DNA of 64,000 nt from Macrostomum lignano (GCA_002269645.1 NIVC01000669.1:62001-126000); one strand, 5' to 3'. Counted from the first letter of the stretch, positions 51,879 to 63,577 are shown. Numbers and translations are program-made. The notes: a model not told the origin generated them from the letters alone.

Positions 51879-52316
51879 GCCAAGGACAACTGCGGCAAGG
51901 ATGCTGCTGCTGCTGCTGCGGCGGCTGCCGAATCAGACGACGAATGCTCAGAGCCGGAGGCCCAGCTGGAGGCCGACGGAGAAGCGGTGGCAGCAGCCAA
52001 GCAGTCGAAACTGGAGGCCCGCGGCGCTCGCGAGCTCGGCAAAGTGACTGACTACGTTGAAGAGGCCGAGTTGGCTGGCGGTCGCTCGGCTGGCGGCGAA
52101 ATCGGCGAAGCGATGCGGGCCGTGTCGGCCAGGCAGGCGCTGGACCAGGCGGAGAAGCAGCGGCGGGAGCGCGAGCTGAGCAAAGTGAAGGTCGCCAAGG
52201 AGCACGCGGACCTGCTAGCCAGGGAGTTCGAGATCAGCCAGTCGGCTGCCGAGCGCTGCCTGCGGGAAAACGGCGCTGATCTGGACGCTGCTTTGCGCGC
52301 ACTGCTGACCGCTTAG
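51879..52316 (+). CDS. HYPK: Huntingtin-interacting protein K (HYPK); start codon not found in the genomic frame
   Basis: ELGKVTDYVEEAE, REREL.KVKV.KE..DL...EFEIS...AER.LRE..G.L..AL..L match HYPK, including the C-terminal UBA-like domain. The frame is open from the acceptor ctaattcag|GCC at 51879. Confidence 0.88.
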   Translation, partial: AKDNCGKDAAAAAAAAAESDDECSEPEAQLEADGEAVAAAKQSKLEARGARELGKVTDYVEEAELAGGRSAGGEIGEAMRAVSARQALDQAEKQRRERELSKVKVAKEHADLLAREFEISQSAAERCLRENGADLDAALRALLTA

Positions 52317-52444
52317 GCCTAATGCTTAATATTTGAAGGCTGATTTTTGCTTCGATATGCATTTATGAGATTATTTCAAGCTAATAAGCGCGTGTTCTGA
52401 TCCGCAACATACTACTGAAGGCTAGCCAGTTAGTCGTGCGATTC

Positions 52445-52592
52445 ACAGCCATGAGTGCCGACTCCCCCCCCCCTAGGCACATAGAGTGTACATGCCTGAC
52501 AATAATTAGAAAGTCAGGGCCGCTGTACACGCTCCTGTATGCGCTCGGGAGTCGGCGGAATGGACAGAATTGCCTCACCGTTGGCTGTGGGA
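52445..52592 (+). mobile_element. Diverged internal fragment of SINE family 1
   Basis: GTGTACATGCCTGACAATAA...AGGGCCGCTGTACAC...GGGAGTCGGCGGAATGG matches the SINE body. Confidence 0.7.
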
Positions 52593-52979
52593 CCAATGCA
52601 AGTTGAAGCGAAATTCGGCATTCAAATAAATACTCGTAATTTTAGTGTTACTAGCGGCTCTTGAGCAATCTGTTTTCCGCTGTTTCTGTTCGACTGTTGG
52701 GTTGGTTGCGCTAAGCATATGCTAATGTTTTTTGAGGTTGGAATCCGTGCACAGCTAGCTGCTGGAGAGACAGCTAACAAACAGATTCTGCAAAATCACT
52801 GTCTGTGTCCATCTTCACCAAGTTACTGTTGCTGTCCTTAGACGGCTTTGTTGGAAATTTTTTATCATAAAAATATACTCATCTTAATTTGCACTGTGTT
52901 AGCTGAGTTGCTTTTGAGTCTGGGCTGCTTCAGACCCGCACAATTTTAGCTGTTTTTTTATTTTTCTTTGTGTCAGCTA

Positions 52980-53750
52980 GTGTCTGTACATGCTGTGATG
53001 TCAGTATAGTGTCTGTACATGCTGTGGTGTCAGTATAGTGTCTGTACATGCTGTGATGTCAGTATAGTGTCTGTACATGCTGTGGTGTCAGTATAGTGTC
53101 TGTACATGCTGTGATGTCAGTATAGTGTCTGTACATGCTGTGATGTCAGTATAGTGTCTGTACATGCTGTGATGTCAGTATAGTGTCTGTACATGCTGTG
53201 GTGTCAGTATAGTGTCTGTACATGCTGTGATGTCAGTATAGTGTCTGTACATGCTGTGATGTCAGTATAGTGTCTGTACATGCTGTGATGTCAGTATAGT
53301 GTCTGTACATGCTGTGATGTCAGTATAGTGTCTGTACATGCTGTGATGTCAGTATAGTGTCTGTACATGCTGTGATGTCAGTATAGTGTCTGTACATGCT
53401 GTGATGTCAGTATAGTGTCTGTACATGCTGTGATGTCAGTATAGTGTCTGTACATGCTGTGATGTCAGTATAGTGTCTGTACATGCTGTGATGTCAGTAT
53501 AGTGTCTGTGCATGCTGTGATGTCAGTATAGTGTCTGTACATGCTGTGATGTCAGTATAGTGTCTGTACATGCTGTGATGTCAGTATCGTGTCTGTACAT
53601 GCTGTGATGTCAGTATCGTGTCTGTACATGCTGTGATGTCAGTATAGTGTCTGTACATGCTGTGGTGTCAGTATAGTGTCTGTACATGCTGTGATGTCAG
53701 TATAGTGTCTGTACATGCTGTGATGTCAGTATAGTGTCTGTACATGCTGC
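52980..53750. repeat. Minisatellite, 29 bp unit
   Basis: TGTCTGTACATGCTGTGATGTCAGTATAG. Confidence 0.95.
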
Positions 53751-55074
53751 TGTGACGCTAGTGTCCTGTAAGTGACGTAGGCAGATGCCAGCCTAAAAGC
53801 AATAAGAAATCGATGCCTCACACAGAAATTGATTTGTCTTAGAGTAAAGTAACCCGTGGCAGAGCCAAATAGCTTGCAGGTACCTTTTGAATTAATATGT
53901 ATTTAAAACGGTGGACAAAGACTCAACACGCGAGTTAGAATATGAGGATTAAGTATGAATGAATGCGTGGGTATTACAGTTACATTCAATAAATTATAGA
54001 TTGAGTAAATCTTGAGTAAATAAATACTCTGGAAAGGTGGAGCAGCCGTCTAGTTTTTGGTTTTTTAACACTGCAAAGAAACACGACTGTCTTTATCGAG
54101 AAATATTGCCACATTTTGCACAGAGAAGCTCACAGTTGCTAATTAAGCAAACTACGTTAAAATAAAAGTAAAAGCAACAAAATTGAGTTTTTGATATCTA
54201 TAAATTAGGAATACAGCAACATCTGATAAAAAAATATACTTTACAGTAGTTGAAACCCGTTGGCCTGAAAGAAGCGTCACGTCAGTTTTGCCAAAAAGCA
54301 AACTTGACGAGGTAGCCGTTTTTTGAGGTAATTAAGTGCAGTTAAACAAAATTATTAAGCCACAAAAAGCCCTGATGATAGAGGTAGTATAGCCAATGAG
54401 GTTGGTTTCACGCAGTCAAACAAAAACTAATAAATTGAAAGAATACACGATCTCACGTTATGGATAGAGGTAGTAGCGAGCTTATTTTTACGAGTAGATA
54501 TAAAGAGCTTAAGGAGTCGGACTATCAATAAAAAACAATTAATACCACTTGCGCATTCAAGGAGACAGCAACCGAAAAAATAAAAACAAGGACTAAGCCT
54601 TTTGTACTTTATTCGCCAAGCTTGAACTATTATCATAATATTTGGTTGGGGATAGTACAGCAAACACGGAATCTAATAGCTACTATAATGGTATACTGTG
54701 CATCAAGTCAACGAAAAAAACACAAACCGCAGTGGCATCATGAGCCGCAGTTGAATGCAATTTTTCACAACAATAACAAAAATATTTACCTGTACAAAAA
54801 CACAGTGAAACAGCTCCTGTTGACCTGATAGAATTTAAGGCTGCTTCAATGTCTTTTTAGCAATTGGTTCGTCAAAGGTCTTTGGAAAATATAAGACTGT
54901 CATGGCTCGAGATTATAGGATTATATGCTGTGCTAATCTTATTCAGTGTTTAAAGTCATCAGATTTTTGTTTTTGCATAAATAACGTCTCCATTTTTATG
55001 ATTTGCCCAATAAATTCCTGACAGGGAATTGCAGACAGCTCGTAGATATTTTCTATCCTGTCTCAAGGCATCCG

Positions 55075-55330
55075 AGATTGAAGATTACTGAGATATTGAA
55101 GATTGGAGATTGCTGAGACAATGGAGATTGGAGATTGCTGAGACAATGGAGATTACTAAGATATTAGAAAATTGGAGATTACTGAGATATTGGAGATTGG
55201 AGATTACTGAGACAATGGAGATTGGAGATTGCTGAGACAAATGGAGATTGGAGATTACTGAGACAATGGAGATTGGAGATTTCTGAGACAATGTAGATTG
55301 AAGATTGCTGAGACAATGGAGATTGGATTT
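55075..55330. repeat. Degenerate ~25 bp minisatellite
   Basis: GAGATTGCTGAGACAATGGAGATTG variants. Confidence 0.8.
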
Positions 55331-56095
55331 TTTAGACTGCCCTAAATGGTATTGATAAGTGTCTCTAGTTCAATTTATTTTACTATAGTTTAAGCTTAAA
55401 TCTTTTCTTTCCAAAGACATGTTCAACATTCAAAATACAGAGATATAGCTCCTATAAGTACTTTTGCTCTTAAAAGCTTGGGAGGGCCGAAATTCAATCA
55501 TTCAATCATTGGCACGCATAGCCAAGCTTTTCAAAGAAAGAGATAAAAAAACAGGCAGGCAAAACAGTCGAAGCCTTGAAAACGGACAGGCGCAAAATGA
55601 CGCACCGCGAAAAAATGATGCAGCGCTTCCATAGAGGCGAGCGGGAGCAGCACGGGATGGGGGCGGTGATAGCTGCGATAATACGAGTATTTTTGGACCA
55701 AAGCGAGCCAAGAGAGAGAAAAAAATATTCTGGTTGCTTCGACTTGACTTGAAAACTGCAGTAAGCGGAAGAGACCAAAGCGACCAATCTTAGGTACGGT
55801 TGAAAATGGACAAAAAAGCTACCAAAATAACAAAAATGCGCAGCTGGGCTGCCCGCGCTCGGCTGCTATAATTGAGGCAGGCAAAATTGCTTAGCAAATA
55901 TTTTGGGTCAAGTTGACAACAGCTATTAAACACCGCCCAGACAAGCCTGCTTACCGAATCTCTTAGGCAGGTTGCCTCTTCAGCAATTATCTGTTGCTAA
56001 GCCGGACTGCCTGCCTACAAACATCGCCTTTAAGATTTTTTCTGGCAATCATTGACCCGAACCCATTTGGGCGGACTGTTCCGTCATCTGCCAAG

Positions 56096-57775
56096 TCACC
56101 GCGACTCACTGGATGCACCGCCGCCGCCACCGCCCTGCCGTCTCGGACAGTCGGCTACGAGGTGATCGCCGCCGCGACAATGATAGCAAGACTTCGGCAT
56201 AGGCCCGGCGGGACACTCGGCGGCCACGTGATCTGCGAACTGGCCGCAGTTGTAGCACCTGGAGTGAGCAGAAGTGGGGAATCTCTGTTGCCTGCTTTGT
56301 CATCTCAGTGTCCTCAGTTCTGGCTTTGTTTCAATCAGCCTCTCCACTCTCGCTAATCTCTCTCTCCACTGTCGCTAATCTCTCCCTCCACTGTCGCTAA
56401 TCTCTCCCTCCACTGTCGCTAATCTCTCCCTCCACTGTCGCTAATCTCTCTCTCCACTGTCGCTAATCTTTCTCTCCACTGTCGCTAATCTTTCTCTCCA
56501 CTGTCGCTAATCTCTCCCTCCACTGTCGCTAATCTCTCTCTCCACTGTCGCTAATCTCTCCCTCCACTGTCGCTAATCTCTCCCTCCACTGTCGCTAATC
56601 TCTCCCTCCACTGTCGCTAATCTCTCCCTCCACTGTCGCTAATCTCTCTCTCCACTGTCGCTAATCTTTCTCTCCACTGTCGCTAATCTCTCCCTCCACT
56701 GTCGCTAATCTCTCCCTCCACTGTCGCTAATCTCTCTCTCCACTATCGCTAATCTTTCTCTCCACTGTCGCTAATCTCTCCCTCCACTGTCGCTAATCTC
56801 TCCCTCCACTGTCGCTAATCTCTCTCTCCACTCTCGCTAATCTCTCTCTCCTCACCATGGAGATTATCTCAACTCGCCCCTACTAGTCCCTTCACTCGCC
56901 TGACTCTTCGCTTCTTCTTCCCGACCGGTCTGCGGTGGCTGCCGATGCAGTCTGCGCCGCCCGGCCCGCACACCAGCGTCGCCTCCTCGCCGCGGGCCGC
57001 CGGTTGCGCTTCGAATTCGACGCACTCGTTGTCGCCCAGGCTGCGGAAGCCCTGCATCTGGATGGCGGACTGCGGCGGGGGTGGGGAAAGAGGCACTCTA
57101 CACCCTCTTTGTAATATAATCGATGTAGCAATCGATAAATTTTCACTTCTGCACCCTCCGATCCTGCAAAGACCGCCACACCCTCCAATCCTGCAGAGAC
57201 CGCCAACACCCTCCAATCCTGCAGAGACCGCCAACACCCTCCAATCCTGCAGAGACCGCCACACCCTCCGATCCTGCAGAGACCGCCACACCCTCCGATC
57301 CTGCAGAGACCGCCACACCCTCCGATCCTGCAGAGACCGCCAACACCCTCCAATCCTATAATTAGAGACCGCCAACACCCTCCAATCCTATAATTAGAGA
57401 CCGCCAACACCCTCCAATCCTATAATTAGAGACCGCCAACACCCTCCAATCCTATAATTAGAGACCGCCAACACCCTCCAATCCTATAATTAGAGACCGC
57501 CAACACCCTCCAATCCTATAATTAGAGACCGCCAACACCCTCCAATCCTATAATTAGAGACCGCCTGTTCATCTCAGCAGCTTTTCACACCTGGTGAACG
57601 AAGACATCTGCACCGCCGTCGTCAGGAGTCAGGAAGCCGAAGCCCTTGGCCACGTTGAACCATTTCACCCGGCCGGTCCTGCGCTGGCCCGCGCCGGCCC
57701 CACCGCCACCTCCGACGGCGCCTTCTTCAGCCGGAGCTGCTTGAGCAGCGGCTGCTGCCTGGCGGGCCGCTGAAT
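56096..57775 (-). CDS. LIN28: LIN-28 homologue (cold-shock domain plus two CCHC zinc knuckles); 5' coding exon uncertain
   Basis: Exons 57775-57591 ([14 protein letters not shown]...DVFVHQ), 57069-56900 ([11 protein letters not shown]...GPGG..CIGS.RRP) and 56258-56096 ([29 protein letters not shown]). Intron positions VHQ|S and R|C correspond to those of vertebrate LIN28. Confidence 0.92.
56345..56850. repeat. Intronic minisatellite, 22 bp unit (LIN28 intron)
   Basis: TCTCTCCCTCCACTGTCGCTAA. Confidence 0.95.
57150..57565. repeat. Intronic minisatellite, 27-32 bp units in two variant blocks (LIN28 intron)
   Basis: CCCTCCGATCCTGCAGAGACCGCCACA grading into CCCTCCAATCCTATAATTAGAGACCGCCAACA. Confidence 0.93.
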
Positions 57776-58244
57776 CTGTCAAAATTTATGCAGAGCACGA
57801 ATTAAATAGATACGGTTTGCTCATGTTGTCCAGTAAAGAGTTGCAGAGGCCAAAATATAGAGTTGATAGAGTTGAGAATATTTATCATAGGTTTATGTTC
57901 TCGAGATAAGAGAGTGGGAAAGAAGGTGAGAAAGCGAGTGGAATGCAGAGTGGGACAGAGGTTTAAGACAAAAAGGGAGTTAGAAGGTCAGGCGAAGGAA
58001 CTTATTAACAAAACCTATGTTGCAGCGCGCCAGCCTAGAATTCCTCAGAAGAAGTCAGAAGAAGAATCAGTCCGGGAGATCACAGGGTGTTCAACTCTCG
58101 CCGCATCCAGGCTACGGCTCCACCCCTTATAGGTGTAACTTTTTTCCTTAAATTGTGTTAACATTTAATAAATTTGTACCAGTCAGCGTAGCCGTCTGCT
58201 CAACCGCAACCGCAGCAGAACTGGCTCATGACTCCCTAGAAAGA

Positions 58245-59590
58245 TTTGGAAGAGTTGTTGCTGATTTCAAAGGACTTGGGAGAGTTGTTGATGATTTCAA
58301 AGGACTTCGAAGAGTTGTTGATGATTTCTGAAAGACCTGTAAGAGTTGTTGATGATTTCTGAAAGACCTGTAAGAGTTGTGGATGATTTCTGAAAGACCT
58401 GTAAGAGTTGTGGATGATTTCTGAAAGACCTGTAAGAGTTGTTGATGATTTCTGAAAGACCTGGAAGAGTTGTGGATGATTTCAAAGAACTTGGAAGAGT
58501 TGTTGATTATTTCAAAGGACTTGGAAGAGTTGTTGATGATTCTGAAAGACTTTTCTTATTAGAGGCAGGGAGGTTGTGTGCACCCTGGCGCACTTTAAGC
58601 GACATCAACACACAACCGGCGAGAGGCATTACTGCCCATTCCGCCGACTCCTCTGAGCAGGCATACAAGCGCGCGGATACGTACGCAGGCACACACTCAC
58701 ACAGGAGTGTACAGCGGCCCTAACTTTATTTTATCGTCAGGCATGTACACTTCAATGCGCCTTGGGGGTTGGCTCTCAAGGCCGTTAATTGCACGAGCAG
58801 AGCCAAGCCGAGATTCCAATTCAGCCCCAAATTAATGTGACTGCACTTGGAATCGAGCCTGGGTCGCTGGCATACCAGAGCCTGCGCTAGACCGCTGGGC
58901 TACGGCCCCCCTTCTGAAAGACTTAGAAGATTTGTTGATGATTCTGAAGGACTTGGAAGAGTTGTTGATGATTCTGAAAGACTTGGAAGAGTTGTTGATG
59001 ATTCTGAAAGACTTGGAAGAGTTGTTGATGATTCTGAAAGACTTAGAAGAGTTGTTGATGATTCTGAAAGACTTAGAAGAGTTGTTGATGATTTCGAAGG
59101 ACTTGGAAGAGTTGTTGATGATTTCAAAGGATTTGGAAGAGTTGTTGATGATTTCAAAGGACTTGGAAGAGTTGTTGATGATTTCAAAGGACTTGGAAGA
59201 GTTGTTGATGATTTCGAAGGACTTGGAAGAGTCGTTGATGATTTCGAAGGACTTGGAAGAGTCGTTGATGATTTCGAAGGACTTAGAAGAGTTGTTGATG
59301 ATTTCGAAGGACTTAGAAGAGTTGTTGATGATTTCGAAGGACTTGGAAGAGTTGTTGATGATTTCGAAGGACTTGGAAGAGTTGTTGATGATTTCGAAGG
59401 ACTTAGAAGAGTTGTTGATGATTTCGAAGGACTTAGAAGAGTTGTTAATGATTTCGAAGGACTTGGAAGAGTTGTTGATGATTTCGAAGGACTTGGAAGA
59501 GTTGTTGATGATTTCGAAGGACTTGGAAGAGTTGTTGATGATTTCGAAGGACTTGGAAAGGTTTTTGATGATTTCGACGGTACACTTGGA
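58245..59590. repeat. 30-bp minisatellite interrupted by a SINE
   Basis: GAGTTGTTGATGATTTCGAAGGACTTGGAA. Confidence 0.95.
58553..58911 (-). mobile_element. tRNA-derived SINE, family 1, copy 3
   Basis: Reverse complement of 13224-13584; TSD TTCTGAAAGACTT at 58540-58552 / 58912-58924. Confidence 0.9.
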
Positions 59591-60621
59591 AGATTTTTAA
59601 ATTATTTTTAAAGGATCTAGAAATTTTGTTAGTGATTTCTGATGGACCTAACCTTGGTTGTTGTCTAAAAAATGAGGATACTACCCCTGAATGAACTTTC
59701 GATTGGTTTCGGCTAATTTTTTTGAACTAAGGACAAAATAACCAGCAAGTTGACGCAAGGTGAACCAGAGATTTCTGGTCCAGAGCAGCCGCGCCGGCGG
59801 TTGGGAATGTCCGCTGAAAAATAGTGCAACCCTGGACCTAGCCGCCTCCTTCCCCTCTTGCACCGTGAGGATAGATTGGGACAGCTAGAAGTGGGGTAGA
59901 GTGGGAGGGCTGCTCTCTCTCCAGTTCAGTCGGCCCAGCCAACCCCTCCGTCTCTCCTCTCTGCCGCGCTGCTGTTCGCCTTGACCTGAATTGACCCGGC
60001 TTGGGGCGGATTCTAAAGCGCATCCAGGGCAGGTGCCTGGATTAGAGAAGGGGGCCGGGAGAGCCGAGGCGAGCTGGCCTGGATGGGGGGGTGGTGGACT
60101 ATTTAGACAGCCTTTATCGCATTTTCTCTCCTTAACGCCCTTTTCTCAGATTTTTATATCCCATTGTCTGTTATTCTCGCCTCGCCTTTGAGGCCGATCG
60201 AAACCAAATTGTACTAATAAGCGGTGCAAGGGATTTCAAGAGAGCGAGAGAGATGAGAGGAGAGATGCGATAAGATAAGGTATGAAAGAAGAGATGAGGG
60301 AGAAGATTAGAGGAGAGAGGAGAGAAATGAGCATTGAGAGGATCGAGAGAAGAGGGAAGAGAGAAGGAAGATACGATAAGAGAGCTGAGAAGAGACCTTG
60401 ACCGGGCTTCACAGACCCGAGGGCCGAATAGAGAGGCTTCGCGGGCCAAAGTTTTCCAACCCCTCATCTATGTGTTTGACTCTTTACTGAAAAAGGGTTC
60501 TTCTCGTCAGAAGATAAAATTATCTTCAGTACTCATTTTTAACCTCTAGAAACTAAACAAAGGACCGATTACTTGCTTCTGTCATCTGAATTTCCTATTC
60601 CTATAAGAATATAGACAGGTT

Positions 60622-60748
60622 GCGCCATAGACAGCACGCCATAGACAGCACGCCATAGACAGCACGCCATAGACAGCACGCCATAGACAGCACGCCATAG
60701 ACAGCACGCCATAGACAGCACGCCATAGAGCACGCCCTAGACAGCACT
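60622..60748. repeat. 14-bp tandem repeat
   Basis: GCCATAGACAGCAC, ~8 copies. Confidence 0.9.
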
Positions 60749-61284
60749 CCCACTGAGAGACCAGCAAGCCTCAAACCTGCTGCAATTATATGGCCACTGA
60801 GTTTTGTCAAAGACTCAGAGCCAAGAAAGCGACACTGCCCGGATATGGTGAACCTTTGACTAAGGTCTACATACCATTGATTGAATGCCATGTACTTTGC
60901 AAATCTGGCAAGGATCAAGCCATGAACGGTAGAGAGCATTGAGATACGTGAATGCTCAAGGAATGCTCAGGTCTGGGCTGACGTATCACTGATTCATATT
61001 AGGCTTATAAAGTTGAAACTAAAGCTGATCGTATTTTTCAAAATTTCTGAGTAAATATTTCAAATTGATAAGTTTATCCATTAAAAAATTCTGACAACAT
61101 TCTCGTTACTCGTACTTTTGAAGCTCGTCATTTTGGTTCAGGCCATAGACAGCAGATCAATAATGAATGGTTTCCAATAGAAGTATGCTCATCTGCCTTA
61201 AATTTGGGGGTGCAACTTTGCTTGCACCAATTGACCACGGAAGATTCCCTAGTTGTCTATAGTAAAAGCTGCAGTGCGTCTCTA

Positions 61285-62221
61285 GTGACAGAATGGCGCC
61301 TCTCATACTAGAATGGCGCATCTCATCCCAGAAGGGCGCCTCTTATACTAGAATGGTGCATCTCATACTGGAATGGTGCAACTCATACTAGAATAAAGCC
61401 TCTCACACTAGAATGGCGCATCTCATGCTAGAATGGCGCATCTCATACTAGAATGACGCCTCTCATACTAGAATGACGCGTCTCATGCTAGAATGGCGCA
61501 TCTCACACTAGAATGGCGCATCTCATACTAGAACCATGCCTCTCACACTAGAATGGCGCATCTCATACTAGAATGGCGCATCTCATACTAGAATGGCGCA
61601 TCTCATGCTAGAATGACGCCTCTCATACTAGAATGACGCCTCTCATACTAGAATGACGCCTTTCGTACTAGAATGACGCATCTCATACTAGAATGACGCC
61701 TTTCGTACTAGAATGACGCCTCTCATACTAGAATGACGCCTCTCATACTAGAATGACGCCTCTCATACTAGAATGACGCCTCTCATACTAGAATGACGCC
61801 TCTCATACTAGAATGAAGCCTCTCACACTAGAATGAAGCCTCTCACACTAGAATGGCGCATCTCACACTAGAATGAAGCCTCTCACACTAGAATGGCGCA
61901 TCTCACACTAGAATGAAGCCTCTCACACTAGAATGGCGCATCTCACACTAGAATGGCGCATCTCACACTAGAATGAAGCCTCTCACACTAGAATGGCGCA
62001 TCTCATACTACAATGAAGCCTCTCACACTAGAATGGCGCATCTCATACTACAATGAAGCCTCTCACACTAGAATGGCGCATCTCATACTACAATGAAGCC
62101 TCTCACACTAGAATGGCGCATCTCACACTAGAATGAAGCCTCTCACACTAGAATGGCGCATCTCATACTAGAATGACGCCTCTCATACTAGAATGGCGCA
62201 TCTCATGCTAGAATGGCGCAA
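61285..62221. repeat. 20-bp minisatellite
   Basis: TCTCATACTAGAATGGCGCA / ...TGACGCC variants. Confidence 0.95.
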
Positions 62222-63182
62222 TTTTAATACCTCCGTTTGCACTTTTTAAGTCATTTCTAGAGACTTAAAACGTAATATTTTTATTTCAAATAACATCAGG
62301 TCTGCTGAAACAGCTGCAGTTTCAATTAACAAACGCATCAGTGAGAACAGTGTTCAATTATATTGACAGCATGTCTCCCAGAAACCTGTAATTTGCTACG
62401 GCTGCGCAGGAAACTGCTTGCGTCAGTTGAACTGCGTCAACAAGACACAGAAGTTCAGCAACCCCCCCTCAGGGCCTATCCGTCAGACCTGGGAGCGTGA
62501 CAGAAAGCCAAATAATGTCCCCTTATATTCTCCTTAGTGCACTTTGTCTGCTCCAAGAGATGACGCACTCGCCAGTGAGCCTAAACCACACAGCGTCCCT
62601 TCCCCTCTCCCTGTCTCTAGTTTGCATCTCGGGCCTCTGCAGATTGAAAGAAGAAGACAAGAAGCAAGACCCGGCGGGCGCATTGAGAAAGTGAGCGGCA
62701 TGGGGGTACGAACCTGGAGAGAGAGAGAGAGAGAGAGTTATAGGGAACTTTTTCCCATCTCCTTCTCTATCCCAGCACTCCAGGTTTTCGGCTTCAACCC
62801 CTCCTCCTCCTCCTCAGCGTCCTTCCCTGCCAGCCCCGGGGATTTTTTTCCCAACGAAAAGCCGCAGTTTGCACTTTTACACTCGAAATCAATCAAGCCG
62901 AACTTCTAGTCCGCCTGCCCCCGTCTGCGCTACCCCCCCCTTCACGCGCCCCTTGATGCTGGCCTCTCCTCCAACGGTGCATGCAGGCGAGCAGGCAAGT
63001 GCATGTACGGCTGGAGGGCGGCTCTGCCCAGTGGGGTTGCACTTTCGCAAAGCCCTACTAGAGTTCCCAATGCACTTTAATGCGACTGGTTTTCTGGGTG
63101 TAAAAGAGATTCGTGTTTGATGATGGCATATGATTGTGAGGTTATGTTCCACTGAGAAATTTTAGCCCTAATTAAAATCCCA

Positions 63183-63520
63183 CCCTGCCTCCAATTCCAT
63201 CACCCTGCCTCCAATTCCATCACCCTGACTCCAATTCCACTACCCTGACTCCAACTCCAGCACCCTGCCTCCAATTCCAGCACCCTGCCTCCAATTCCAT
63301 CACCCTGACTCCAATTCCATCACCCTGACTCCAACTCCATCACCCTGACTCCAACTCCATCACCCTGACTCCAACTCCATCACCCTGACTCCAACTCCAT
63401 CACCCTGACTCCAACTCCATCACCCTGACTCCAACTCAAGCACCCTGACTCCAACTCCACTACACTGACTCCAACTCCATCACCCTGACTCCAATTCCAC
63501 TACCATGACTCCAACTCCAG
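63183..63520. repeat. 20-bp minisatellite
   Basis: CACCCTGACTCCAACTCCAT. Confidence 0.93.
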
Positions 63521-63577
63521 CAAACTTGTCCCTATTCCAGTGAATCTCATACTAGCCTCTATTACAATTCTATTACA

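Noticed and set aside
58847-59611. 254-aa and 222-aa repeat ORFs (GLGRVVDDFE / LLMISKDLEE)
   Set aside because: Translation of a 30-bp minisatellite that is interrupted by a SINE; open in several frames.
59680-63160. GC-richer patches at 59.7-60.6 kb and 62.4-63.1 kb with short ORFs
   Set aside because: No recognisable protein motif, splice-consistent exon chain or definable termini; probably repeat remnants, but not supportable from sequence alone.
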